The position numbers were made by a program, and so were the translations under genes. A stretch of DNA of 64,000 nt. Source: an uncultured Actinomycetes bacterium. Lineage in GTDB: Bacteria; Actinomycetota; Thermoleophilia; Gaiellales; JALYLC01. The notes below the pieces were generated by a model. It made no database searches, was not told the DNA's origin, and saw only the letters and a list, made by a program, of their open reading frames with translations. Shown here piece after piece: positions 55,661-64,000 of the stretch (the first letter of the stretch is position 1; each line of letters begins with the position of its first letter). The stretch spans positions 330,794 to 394,793 of the forward strand of contig CAVUPB010000008.1 of NCBI GenBank assembly GCA_963743275.1, given 5' to 3'.

Positions 55661-55987
55661 ATGGCAGAGACGCCCGCTCCGGGGAACGAGCCGCCACCGG
55701 CGGCGGGCCCGGCGCGGCAGCGGCGGCTCTGGGGCGTCCGCCTGGTGGTTCTCGCCGCGACCGCGGCCGCGCTCGGCATGCCACAGAGCGCGCTCGCGCG
55801 CAGCCAGGCCGCCGGCACGACGATGGCCAGTCTGGCCGCGCGTCAGAACGTGAGCGTCACGCGCGTGCGCTCGGTCGCGCTCGCGGCCGCCGACCCGCTG
55901 CTCGAGGAGGCGGTGCGCGCCGGCGCCATCAGCGACCGCGACCGCCGCTCGCTGCGCATGCGCATCCGCGAGGGCGAGGCCGTTTAG
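55661..55987 (+). CDS. Hypothetical secreted/membrane-anchored protein
   Basis: MAETPAPGNEPPPAAGPARQRRLWGVRLVVLAATAAALGMPQSALA.. is signal-like. I recognise no family. Confidence 0.4.
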   Translation: MAETPAPGNEPPPAAGPARQRRLWGVRLVVLAATAAALGMPQSALARSQAAGTTMASLAARQNVSVTRVRSVALAAADPLLEEAVRAGAISDRDRRSLRMRIREGEAV

Positions 55988-56201
55988 GCACCGTCCGTGG
56001 GGGGATCCACCGATCGCCGGGTGCGGATGCCCGCACCCGGCAATGCCGGTTGCCGCGCCGCGTAACGCCAGGCGTCCGTAGACGGACAGACAGCGCGCGG
56101 CGGGACTATGAACGAGACGGCTCGTCGCCGCACTCCTCCCCTCCCATGACCTCCGCTCCACCGCCACCGCCACCTCGACCGCCAGCCGCCCGACCCGGGT
56201 C

Positions 56202-56543
56202 ATGCTGATCGACGACCACGCCTCGTTCCGCGCCAGCGCGCGCTGGCTGCTCGAGACCGAGGGCTACGAGGTCGTCGCCGAGGCGGCGAGCGGCGAGCGC
56301 GCGCTCGACCTCGTCGTCGAGGCCGCGCCCGACCTCGTGCTGCTCGACGTCGGCCTGCCGGGCATCGACGGCTTCCAGGTCGCCACCGCCATCCGCGCGC
56401 GCTCCCCGCGTGCGCGGATCGTGCTGCTGTCGAGCCGCGACCTCTGCGACCTGGGCGAGGACCGCGTGCTCGGGTGCGGCGCCGCCGGCTTCGTGCACAA
56501 GGCCGATCTCTCGCGCGCCGCGATCGCCGCGATCTGCTCCTAG
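56202..56543 (+). CDS. Single-domain response regulator (receiver only)
   Basis: MLIDDHASFRASAR..DLVLLDVGLPGIDGF..AAGFVHKADL. It begins inside the first beta-strand, there is no SD, and a Pro-rich ATG ORF (56146) lies in another frame just upstream. Confidence 0.6.
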   Translation: MLIDDHASFRASARWLLETEGYEVVAEAASGERALDLVVEAAPDLVLLDVGLPGIDGFQVATAIRARSPRARIVLLSSRDLCDLGEDRVLGCGAAGFVHKADLSRAAIAAICS

Positions 56544-56609
56544 ACATTCGTTAGGCTCATGGCGGCCCGGCCCGGAGCACGCGCCGGCAAGCCGTCCCAG
56601 GAGGCAACC

Positions 56610-58052
56610 ATGGCCGCCACCGCGACCCGCACGCTCAAGAACTTCGTCAACGGCGAGTACGTCGAGCCGCAGTCCGGCCGCTACTCCGACGTCGTCAATC
56701 CCGCCACGGGCGAGACCTACGCGCAGGCCCCCATCTCGGGCGAGAGCGATGTCGACGCCGCCTACGGCGCCGCGTCCGCGGCGTTCGAGGAGTGGCGCGA
56801 CTCGACTCCGGCGGAGCGCCAGCTCGCGCTCCTGCGCTTCGCCGACGCCATCGAGGCCCGCGCGGACGAGTTCGTCGCGGCCGAGGTCGAGAACACGGGC
56901 AAGCCGCGCGCGCTCACGGCCTCGGACGAGATCCCGCCGATGGTCGACCAGATCCGCTTCTTCGCCGGCGCGGCGCGCGTGCTCGACGGGCGCTCGGCGG
57001 GCGAGTACATGCGCGGCATGACCTCGTTCGTCCGCCGCGAGCCGATCGGCGTCGTCGGGCAGGTCACGCCCTGGAACTACCCGCTGCTGATGGCGACGTG
57101 GAAGATCGGCCCGGCGCTCGCCGCGGGCAACACGATCGTGCTCAAGCCGAGCGACACGACGCCCGCCTCGACGCTGCTGATGGCCGAGGTCGCGGCGGAG
57201 TTCTTCCCGCCCGGCGTCTTCAACGTCATCTGCGGCGATCGCGACACCGGCCGCGCGCTCGTGTCGCACCCGACCCCGCAGCTCGTGGCGATCACGGGCT
57301 CCGTGCGCGCGGGCATGGAGGTCGCGTCCGCCGCGTCCTCCGACCTCAAGCGCGTGCACCTCGAGCTCGGCGGCAAGGCGCCGGTGATCGTCTTCGACGA
57401 CGCCGACATCGCTCTGGCGGCCGAGACGATCGCGGTCGGCGGCTACTTCAACGCCGGCCAGGACTGCACGGCGGCGACGCGCGTGATCGCGTCGCCCAAG
57501 GTCTACGCCGACATCGTCGACGCGCTGGCCGAGCAGGCCAAGGGCACCAAGACGGGCATGCCGGACGACGAGGACGTGCTCTTCGGGCCGCTCAACAACG
57601 CGAATCAGTACGAGCGCGTCGCGGCCATGGTCGACGCCGCGCCGGGGCACGCGCATCTCGCCGCGGGCGGCCATCGCATCGCCGGCCCCGGGTTCTTCTA
57701 CGAGCCCACGGTGATCTCGGACCTGCGGCAGGACGACGACATGATCCAGAACGAGATCTTCGGGCCCGTCATCACGGTGCAGCCGTTCAGCGACGAGGAC
57801 GAGGCGGTGAAGTGGGCCAACGGCGTGCAGTACGGCCTCGCGTCGTCGGTCTGGACGACGAACCACGGTCGCGCGATGCGCGTCGCCCGCCGTCTCGACT
57901 TCGGCTGCGTCTGGATCAACACGCACATCCCGCTCGTCGCCGAGATGCCGCACGGCGGCTTCAAGCACTCCGGCTACGGCAAGGACCTCTCGATGTACGG
58001 CTTCGAGGACTACACGCGCATCAAGCACGTGATGACGAATCTCGACGCCTGA
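56610..58052 (+). CDS. NAD-dependent aldehyde dehydrogenase (aminobutyraldehyde dehydrogenase-like)
   Basis: AGGAGG RBS. ..VTPWNYPLLMATWKIGPALAAGNTIVLKPS..LELGGKAP..FNAGQDCTA..EIFGPV. Confidence 0.9.
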   Translation: MAATATRTLKNFVNGEYVEPQSGRYSDVVNPATGETYAQAPISGESDVDAAYGAASAAFEEWRDSTPAERQLALLRFADAIEARADEFVAAEVENTGKPRALTASDEIPPMVDQIRFFAGAARVLDGRSAGEYMRGMTSFVRREPIGVVGQVTPWNYPLLMATWKIGPALAAGNTIVLKPSDTTPASTLLMAEVAAEFFPPGVFNVICGDRDTGRALVSHPTPQLVAITGSVRAGMEVASAASSDLKRVHLELGGKAPVIVFDDADIALAAETIAVGGYFNAGQDCTAATRVIASPKVYADIVDALAEQAKGTKTGMPDDEDVLFGPLNNANQYERVAAMVDAAPGHAHLAAGGHRIAGPGFFYEPTVISDLRQDDDMIQNEIFGPVITVQPFSDEDEAVKWANGVQYGLASSVWTTNHGRAMRVARRLDFGCVWINTHIPLVAEMPHGGFKHSGYGKDLSMYGFEDYTRIKHVMTNLDA

Positions 58053-58982
58053 GTGGCACCGCCGCGGCTGATCCTCGTCCTCAGCGAGAACTGGACGCTG
58101 ACGTCACCGCGTGACCTGCGCTCGCTCGTCCGCATCGCCGTCGAGGCGGAGGCGGCGGGCGTCGACGCGGTCATGCTCAGCGAGCACGTGGTGCTCGGTC
58201 CGGCCTCGGGCGCGGCCGGCATCATGGGCAACCCGCGCGATTACGCGGCGCCGGGCAACCAGGATCCGGCGACGCCGTGGCCGGACTCGATCGTGCTCGC
58301 GTCGGCGATCGTCGCGGCGACGACGCGCCTGCGCGTCGCGCTGGCGGCCGTGATCGCGCCTCTGCGGCACCCGCTGCTGCTCGCCAAGCAGCTCGCGACG
58401 CTCGACCTGCTGAGCGAGGGCCGTCTCGTCGTGCAGCCCACGGTGAGCTGGCACGAGCAGGAGTACGAGGCGCTCGGGGTGCCGTTCCATCAGCGCGGGG
58501 CGATCCTCGACGAGCAGCTCGAGGCCATGGCGGCGGCCTGGCGCGACACGCCGGCGGCCTTCGCGGGCGCGCATTTCCGCTTCGCCGACGTCTACCTCGA
58601 GCCCAAGCCGTTCCGGCCGGAGGGGCCGCGCATGTGGTTCGGCGGCCAGTCGCTGCATCCCGCGCTGCTGCGGCGCCTCGTGCGCTACGGCCACGGCTTC
58701 CACCCGTTCGGCTCGCCGACGGCTGCGGAACTCGAGCAACTGCGGGCCGCGATGGCCGAGGCCGGCCGGGACGTCGCCGATCTGGAGATGGTCGGCGGCA
58801 TCCGCGGGACGTTCGCGGACGAGACGAGCGTCGCCGACCTCGGCCGCGCGGCGGAGGCGATCCCGGGGCAGCTCGCGCAGGGCTATACGTCGATCTGCTT
58901 CAAGCCGTCGATGTTCACGGACGACATCGACCAGGTCGGGTCGCTCTGCCGCGAGCTGGTCGAGCGCGTCGCGGTGCTGTAG
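58053..58982 (+). CDS. Luciferase-like monooxygenase (LLM) class, probably F420-dependent oxidoreductase
   Basis: The GTG comes directly after the ALDH TGA. ..GVDAVMLSEHVV..LRVALAAVIAPLRHPLLLAKQLATLDLLSEGRL. Confidence 0.8.
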   Translation: MAPPRLILVLSENWTLTSPRDLRSLVRIAVEAEAAGVDAVMLSEHVVLGPASGAAGIMGNPRDYAAPGNQDPATPWPDSIVLASAIVAATTRLRVALAAVIAPLRHPLLLAKQLATLDLLSEGRLVVQPTVSWHEQEYEALGVPFHQRGAILDEQLEAMAAAWRDTPAAFAGAHFRFADVYLEPKPFRPEGPRMWFGGQSLHPALLRRLVRYGHGFHPFGSPTAAELEQLRAAMAEAGRDVADLEMVGGIRGTFADETSVADLGRAAEAIPGQLAQGYTSICFKPSMFTDDIDQVGSLCRELVERVAVL

Positions 58983-58999
58983 CTCGCCAGCGATCGAGC

Positions 59000-59700
59000 G
59001 CGGCCGGCAGCGCAGGTCTGCGGTCAGCGAGGGTCCGTGTGGCTGGTTGGCGGTGATGGCGCGTCGGATTCGTCTGCGAAGGTGGGGTGCTCGCCGTGGC
59101 CGCGTGCGTGGATGGTGGTCGTGCAGGTGCTTGTGATGGGGGGCGAGCAGGATGAGGTGTCGAGCCGGTCTTGCCACCAAGCGCGACCGGTACGACGTGG
59201 TGTGCTTCGAGCTCGCGGGCCGCCGTGCAGCCGGGGTATTGGCAGTGGGATGAGCGTTGTGCAGCGCGCGTTGTTGTGCGTAGGAGGCGCAGCGTCCTAC
59301 GCGTGAGTGCAGCAGGTCGCGGCCGCTTGGCTTGATTGTGAGGCGGCGTGCGTCGCAGGCGAGTCGCTCGGCGGTCTCGGGGCTGAGCGGTCGCGGTCTC
59401 GAGCAGCGGCGGCGCATCCTTGCTGATGTGCACGATCAGGGTCGTGGGGCTGCGCCTCGCGCAGCCGTCGGTGCCGCCGTACTGCGCCGAGTGTGACGGC
59501 GCGTCGGCGCCGATGTGGTCGGTGGAGCCGGCTGCTTGTCGGCGGCGCGCTGGGTCTTGGCGATGCTCCAGATGGCCTGCTCGAACGCGGCGCTTCGAGC
59601 GGCAGCCGCGGGCGTGGTCGAGCGCGGGAGGTAGGCGACGCCGTGAGCGTGGCAGGCGCTGCGGTACGTGTCTGTGCCGCCTCATCACGGGTTGGTGTCA
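59000..59700 (-). pseudogene. DUF222/HNH endonuclease gene remnant with several frameshifts (approximate limits)
   Basis: The pieces are spread over two minus-strand frames: PTTLIVHI (about 59448), SPETAERLACDA (59384-59349), HCQYPGCTAARELEAHHVVP..GGKT (59244-59175) and LILLAPHHKHLHDHH (59156-59111). Order and spacing fit a 13E12/DUF222-type HNH protein. Confidence 0.6.
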
Positions 59701-59701
59701 G

Positions 59702-59738
59702 CTTCCAAGTGGCACTCGCGGTGGGTGTCATTTGGAAG
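59702..59738. repeat. Hairpin repeat, copy 1 (CTTCCAAGTGGCAC ... GTGTCATTTGGAAG)
   Basis: A 14-bp stem with two positions that would be G-U pairs in + strand RNA, and a 9-nt loop tcgcggtgg. Confidence 0.45.
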
Positions 59739-59841
59739 TCCTCGACACGCTGACTGCGAGGAACCTCTTGCGAGGTCAGGAACGGCGCCGGTCTCGAGGC
59801 CGCGGCTCGGCCGGCGTCCGATCGCGCGCACGCCGCGGATG

Positions 59842-59872
59842 CCAAGTGGCACCCGCGGCGAGTGCCACTTGG
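59842..59872. repeat. Hairpin repeat, copy 2 (CCAAGTGGCAC-ccgcggcga-GTGCCACTTGG)
   Basis: A perfect 11-bp stem with the same arm sequence as copy 1, 140 bp away. Confidence 0.45.
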
Positions 59873-60024
59873 ACGCACCCGGCCAAGGGCCGGCTGGCCT
59901 GGAACCTCCCGGGAGCAGGAGGACGCCGCCGCTCTTCGCATCGCAAGATGTCCCTCGGAGTCCGCGGGGCGAGGTCTTCGCAGGAGCACTCGCCGGATGG
60001 TCGAACGCCGCTCGGGCGCTTCGC

Positions 60025-60501
60025 TCAGAGCAGGAGCCCCATCATGATCGAGTCCCAGAGCTCGCCGCTCGCGCGGCGGTACTGCTTCACGCGCAGGCCC
60101 TCCTCCACGAAGCCGCATTTGCGGTAGAGCGCAATCGCCGGCGCGTTCGTCGGAAAGACCTCGAGACAGAGCTTGTGCAGCCCCTTGGCGCGCGCCCACT
60201 CGATCGCGGCGGGCAGGAGCGCGGAGCCGACGCCGCGTCCCCGCCAGTCGGCGGCGACGAGCATTCCGATCTCGCCGTTCCCGAAGCGGCTGACCTCGAC
60301 GTGGACATGGCCGACGATCCGCCCGCCGGCGTCGGCCACGAGCGCTGCGTCCGCGCTGCGCGCGAACAGCTCGGTGCGCGCCTCGATGTCGATGGGCGGC
60401 TCGGTGCCGATCCGGTCACGCTCGGCGGCGACAGCGGCGAACAGCTGCGCCAGGGCGGGCGCGTCGTCCGGTCGCGCCCCCCTGATGTCGAACGTCGCCA
60501 T
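60025..60501 (-). CDS. GNAT family N-acetyltransferase
   Basis: Track ORF of 158 aa: ..MLVAADWRGRGVGSALLPAAIEWARAKGLHKLCLEVFPTNAPAIALYRKCGF. Confidence 0.85.
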   Translation of the reverse strand: MATFDIRGARPDDAPALAQLFAAVAAERDRIGTEPPIDIEARTELFARSADAALVADAGGRIVGHVHVEVSRFGNGEIGMLVAADWRGRGVGSALLPAAIEWARAKGLHKLCLEVFPTNAPAIALYRKCGFVEEGLRVKQYRRASGELWDSIMMGLLL

Positions 60502-60525
60502 CAGGACACCCCGTCCGTCGTCGCT

Positions 60526-61638
60526 CTACGCCGGCGGCACCAGCGCCACGTTCGCGGCCGCCCGCTCCACGGCCGCGCGCTCGTGCTCTTCGAGCGGGCG
60601 CGGGCCGGCGGCGTGGCCGTCCGGCGCCACCTGGCTGAAGTCGACGTCGCTCGCGTGGCCGCTCATCTGCTCGATCACGGCGAGGCCGCAGTACGGCACG
60701 TAGAACGACGAGTAGCCGCCCTCGTGGCTCATCAGCAAGCGCCCGCCCGAGACCTCGCCGGCGACCTCCATCAGCGTCGCCGTCAGCGCGCGGTAGTCGT
60801 CGGCGTTGAGGTTCATGCGGCCGAGCGGGTCGTACGCGCTCGCGTCGAAGCCGCTCGCGACCACGATGAGCTCGGGCCGGAACGCGCGCAGCGCGGGGAC
60901 GACGACGCGCTCGAAGGCGTACGCGTACGCGGAGATGCCGCCGCCGGGCGGCAGCGGGATGTTGAGGTTCGTGCCGCGCGCGTCGCCCTCGCCGACGACG
61001 TCGACGCGGCCGCGGCCGGGCGGGTAGTGCTCGTCCTGGTGCAGCGAGATCGCGAGCACGCTCGGATCGGAGAGGAACACCGTTTCGGTGCCGTTGCCGT
61101 GGTGGACGTCCCAGTCGACGACCGCGACGCGGCCGACGCCGCGCACCTGCTGGGCGTGGCGCACCGCGACGCCGATGTTCGAGAACACGCAGAAGCCCAT
61201 CGCGAGCTCCGGCTCGGCGTGGTGGCCGGGCGGGCGCACGAGCGCGTAGGCGTTTGCGACGACGTTGTCGAGGATGGCGTCGGCAGCGACGATCGTGCCG
61301 CCTGCGGCGAGCAGCGCGATCTCGTCGCCGAAGCGGCCCATGCCCGTGCCGGAGCCCGCATCGCCGCCGGTCGCGCCGAGCGCCCGCACGTGCGCCAGGT
61401 GCGCAGGCGTGTGCACGCGCAGGATCTCCTCGTCCGTGGCGTGGCGGGCGCGCAGCTGCACGAGCTGATCGAGCACGCCTGTGATGTCGAGCAGATTGCG
61501 GAAGCGGCGCTTCGTCTCGGGGTTCTCGAACGCGCGCTCGGGCTGCGCGTACGCCTTCGGCGTCGTCGTGCCGATGTCGTTCCAGATGCCCGCGTCGTAC
61601 CACGCGTAGCGCTCTTCCCAGAGCCAGCCGGTTGCCAT
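60526..61638 (-). CDS. Histone deacetylase-like (class II HDAC / acetylpolyamine amidohydrolase family) zinc amidohydrolase
   Basis: ATG 61638: ..ALVRPPGHHAEP..GFCVFSN..VVDWDVHHGNGT..SGFDASAYDPLG..EGGY. Confidence 0.9.
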   Translation of the reverse strand: MATGWLWEERYAWYDAGIWNDIGTTTPKAYAQPERAFENPETKRRFRNLLDITGVLDQLVQLRARHATDEEILRVHTPAHLAHVRALGATGGDAGSGTGMGRFGDEIALLAAGGTIVAADAILDNVVANAYALVRPPGHHAEPELAMGFCVFSNIGVAVRHAQQVRGVGRVAVVDWDVHHGNGTETVFLSDPSVLAISLHQDEHYPPGRGRVDVVGEGDARGTNLNIPLPPGGGISAYAYAFERVVVPALRAFRPELIVVASGFDASAYDPLGRMNLNADDYRALTATLMEVAGEVSGGRLLMSHEGGYSSFYVPYCGLAVIEQMSGHASDVDFSQVAPDGHAAGPRPLEEHERAAVERAAANVALVPPA

Positions 61639-61703
61639 GCGGACGACTCTACCGGCGCCGGAGCGGTACGTTTCGCACCACCCTGTATGAGGAGCGAGGA
61701 AGC

Positions 61704-62954
61704 ATGAGCCTGCCCGCACTGCTCGGCGGCGATCCCGTCGCCGGAGCAGATACGTATCCGTCCTGGCCGCAGTGGGGCGAGCGCGAGCGCGAGGAGCTGC
61801 TCGCCACGCTCGACTCGGGCGCCTGGTGGACCGGGGACGGCGACCGCGCATTCCGCTTCGCGGGCGAGTTCGCGCGCTTCCAGGGGGCGACGGGCGGCCT
61901 GCCGTTCACGAACGGGACACACACGCTCGAGGCGGCGCTCGTGGCGTGCGGCGTCGGCGAGGGCGACGAGGTGATCGTGCCGGGCATGACGTTCGTCGCG
62001 AGCGCGACGGCCGTGCTCGCGGTCAACGCCACGCCCGTGATCGTCGACGTCGACCCCGACACGCTCTGCATCGACGTCGCCGCCGCCGAGGCGGCGATCA
62101 CGCCGAGGACGCGCGCCGTCATCGCGGTGCACGTCGCCGGCGCCATGAGCGACCTCGACCTGCTCGTTCCGCTCTGCGAGGGCCGCGGGCTGCACCTGAT
62201 CGAGGACTGCGCACACGCGCACGGCTCGCAGTGGCGCGGCCGCGGCGCCGGCAGCTACGGCTCGTTCGGCAGCTTCTCGATGCAGCAGGGCAAGCTCATG
62301 ACCGCGGGCGAGGGCGGAGCGCTGATCGGGAACGACAAGGCCCTGCTCGAGGCCGCGTGGAACTACGCCGACTGCGGCCGCGAGCGCGGGCGCTGGTTCT
62401 ACCACCACGCCACGATCGGCTCCAACTTCCGCATGACGGAGTGGCAGGGCGCGGTCCTGCTCGGTCAGCTCGAGCGCTTCCCCGAGCAGCACGCGACGCG
62501 CAACGCCAATGCGATCGCGCTCGGCGAGGCGCTGGCGGAGATCCCGGGCCTGCGCGCCCAGAAGCGCGACGAGCGCATGGACAGCCAGGGCAACTACTGC
62601 TTCGTCTTCCACTTCGACCACCGCGAGTTCGCGAACATGCCGCTGCGCCGCTTCGAGGAGGCGCTCGAGGCCGAGGGCATCCCACTCGGCGTCAGCTATC
62701 CGTCGCTCTCCGATCTCGAGCTCTTCCGCACGGCCAACTTCGCGCCCACGCGGCGCAGCCTGGCGCCGGCTGCGGACTACGAGCACCTGCTGCTGCCCGT
62801 CGCCGAGCACGCGGCGGCCTCGACGGCCTGGCTCGAGCACCGCATCCTGCTCGCCGATCGCGACCGCGTGCTGCGCGTCGCCGAAGCCGCCGCTCGCATC
62901 CGCGAGCACGCGGCCGCGATCATGGAGAAGATGCCGATCGGCGCCGGCGCGTGA
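61704..62954 (+). CDS. DegT/DnrJ/EryC1/StrS family PLP-dependent aminotransferase
   Basis: GAGGAG..GGAAG RBS. MSLPALLGGDP..FTNGTHTLEAAL..VIVPGMTF..IEDCAHAHGS..FSMQQGKLMTAGEGG. Confidence 0.9.
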   Translation: MSLPALLGGDPVAGADTYPSWPQWGEREREELLATLDSGAWWTGDGDRAFRFAGEFARFQGATGGLPFTNGTHTLEAALVACGVGEGDEVIVPGMTFVASATAVLAVNATPVIVDVDPDTLCIDVAAAEAAITPRTRAVIAVHVAGAMSDLDLLVPLCEGRGLHLIEDCAHAHGSQWRGRGAGSYGSFGSFSMQQGKLMTAGEGGALIGNDKALLEAAWNYADCGRERGRWFYHHATIGSNFRMTEWQGAVLLGQLERFPEQHATRNANAIALGEALAEIPGLRAQKRDERMDSQGNYCFVFHFDHREFANMPLRRFEEALEAEGIPLGVSYPSLSDLELFRTANFAPTRRSLAPAADYEHLLLPVAEHAAASTAWLEHRILLADRDRVLRVAEAAARIREHAAAIMEKMPIGAGA

Positions 62955-63904
62955 CGCCGCGCCTCGCGCTGCTCGGCTGCGGCTGGGTGGCCGACATGCA
63001 CGCGCGCGCCGCCGCAGCGTGCGGACACGCGGTCGTGGGCGTCGCCAACCACCGCCTCGAGTCGGCCGAGCGCTTCGCGCGCGAGCACGCGATCGAGCGC
63101 GTCACGACCGACTGGCGCGCGCTCGCGAGCGCGGACGACGTCGACGCCGTGGTCGTCTGCACGCCCAACGCGCTGCACGCCGAGCAGGCGATCGCCGCGC
63201 TCGCGGCCGGCAAGCACGTCCTCTGCGAGAAGCCCATGGCGACGACCACGGCCGACGCCGAGGCGATGCTCGCGGCTGCGGCCGAGCACGACCGGCTGCT
63301 GCTCGTCCTGCATCCGTGGCGGCATCACCCGGCGGTGATCGCGCTGCGCGATGCGATCGCGGCCGGCGACCTCGGGCGCGTCGTGCGCACGCACGGCTAC
63401 GGCGTGCACGCCGACTGGGGCCCGAGCGGCTGGTTCACGGATCCGGCCCTGGCGGGCGGCGGCGCGCTCGTCGACATGGGCATCCACGCCATCGACACGG
63501 CGCGCTTCCTGCTCGGCGAGCCGATCGCGCGCCGCGTCGCGGCGTCGATCGCGACGGCCTACGGCGACTACGCCGTCGACGACGACGGCATCGTCCTGAT
63601 CGAGTGGGAGGGCGGCGCGCGCTCGGTCGTGGAGTCCGGCTGGTGGCAGCCGCACCTCGGCGGCTACGAGGCCGATACCGAGGTCTACGGGAGCTCGGGC
63701 TACCGGCGCATCTGGTCGCGCGAGCAGCCGCCCGGCTACGTGCACTGCGAGCTCAGCCTCTTCGTCGCGCAGATGCGCGATTCGATGGCGCGGGTCGCCG
63801 CCTGGCGGCCCGGCACGCCGTCGCCCGTACACGGCCTCGCGGCGCTGCGCATCTGCGAGCAGGCCTACGCCGCCGCGCGCGTCCCCTCCGGCCATGACGG
63901 CTGA
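62951..63904 (+). CDS. Gfo/Idh/MocA family oxidoreductase
   Basis: The GTG overlaps the preceding TGA. ..LALLGCGWVADMHARA..VVVCTPNALHAEQAIAALAAGKHVLCEKPMA. Confidence 0.85.
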   Translation: MTPRLALLGCGWVADMHARAAAACGHAVVGVANHRLESAERFAREHAIERVTTDWRALASADDVDAVVVCTPNALHAEQAIAALAAGKHVLCEKPMATTTADAEAMLAAAAEHDRLLLVLHPWRHHPAVIALRDAIAAGDLGRVVRTHGYGVHADWGPSGWFTDPALAGGGALVDMGIHAIDTARFLLGEPIARRVAASIATAYGDYAVDDDGIVLIEWEGGARSVVESGWWQPHLGGYEADTEVYGSSGYRRIWSREQPPGYVHCELSLFVAQMRDSMARVAAWRPGTPSPVHGLAALRICEQAYAAARVPSGHDG

Positions 63905-64000
63905 CCGCCCGCTCCGCGTCGCGGGCATCGCCGGCAGCCTGCGGCGCGCCTCGTTCAACCGCGGCCTGCTGCGCGCAGCCATCGAGCTTGCGCCGGTCGG
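63894..64000 (+). CDS. NADPH-dependent FMN reductase family protein (5' part only, runs off the window)
   Basis: MTADRPLRVAGIAGSLRRASFNRGLLRAAIELAPV.. is a typical N-terminus of the family. It overlaps the previous stop. Confidence 0.55.
   Translation, partial: MTADRPLRVAGIAGSLRRASFNRGLLRAAIELAPV

Noticed and set aside
56106-58028. 640-aa minus-strand ORF
   Set aside because: It is antisense to the aldehyde dehydrogenase gene, which has all the canonical ALDH motifs.
59702-59872. TGGCAC in the hairpin arms as a sigma-54 -24 element
   Set aside because: No TTGC -12 element follows at the correct 5-nt spacing, and Actinobacteria generally lack RpoN.
59668-61707. 679-aa plus-strand ORF spanning the hairpin region, the GNAT gene and the HDAC-like gene
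   Set aside because: It is antisense to two well-supported minus-strand genes. The 5' part crosses non-coding hairpins, and I recognise no motifs.
1-64000. CRISPR arrays, rRNA or tRNA genes
   Set aside because: I saw no regularly spaced direct repeats with unique spacers. No intergenic segment resembled a tRNA cloverleaf (no GTTCGAATC-type T-arm) or rRNA. Intergenic regions are mostly under 150 bp.

Overview
High-GC (not computed, visibly about 70% or more) Actinomycetota-type chromosomal segment, densely coding on both strands with about 65 protein genes. I saw no rRNA, tRNA or CRISPR array. Left to right: queC-queE-queD, an AlkD-like repair protein, a membrane GGDEF-EAL protein, an SQR-like/TusE/DsrE sulfur operon divergent from osmC-cydABDC, an MMPL transporter, an ArsR/DUF2892/MMPL versus thioredoxin/DUF302 divergon, a serine hydrolase, an aldo-keto reductase, MFS exporters, an ECF41-type sigma factor, an AlkZ-like glycosylase plus photolyase, many small regulator/enzyme pairs (AraC, TetR, MarR, two ArsR), mgsA, a class III aminotransferase, proline dehydrogenase, kynureninase plus formamidase, tdh-kbl, a second MMPL, two response regulators, an aldehyde dehydrogenase, an LLM oxidoreductase, an HDAC-like amidohydrolase and a DegT/Gfo/FMN-reductase cluster. 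Decayed mobile DNA: an IS110 transposase remnant and a multiply frameshifted DUF222/HNH gene. Most notable points: (1) seven reading-frame breaks in otherwise well-conserved genes (queE, cydD x2, cydC x2, an FAD monooxygenase, kynU), each needing removal of one nucleotide; (2) a monooxygenase cassette bracketed by a 16-bp direct repeat between an AraC-type regulator and a VOC gene; (3) a REP-like palindrome family with a TTGGGGTCAGACCCCA core; (4) co-location of sulfide-handling genes, cytochrome bd and a thiol-type ArsR divergon. I did not find a clear-cut novel multi-gene system. All functional calls rest on my own recognition of motifs in the translations, not on database searches.
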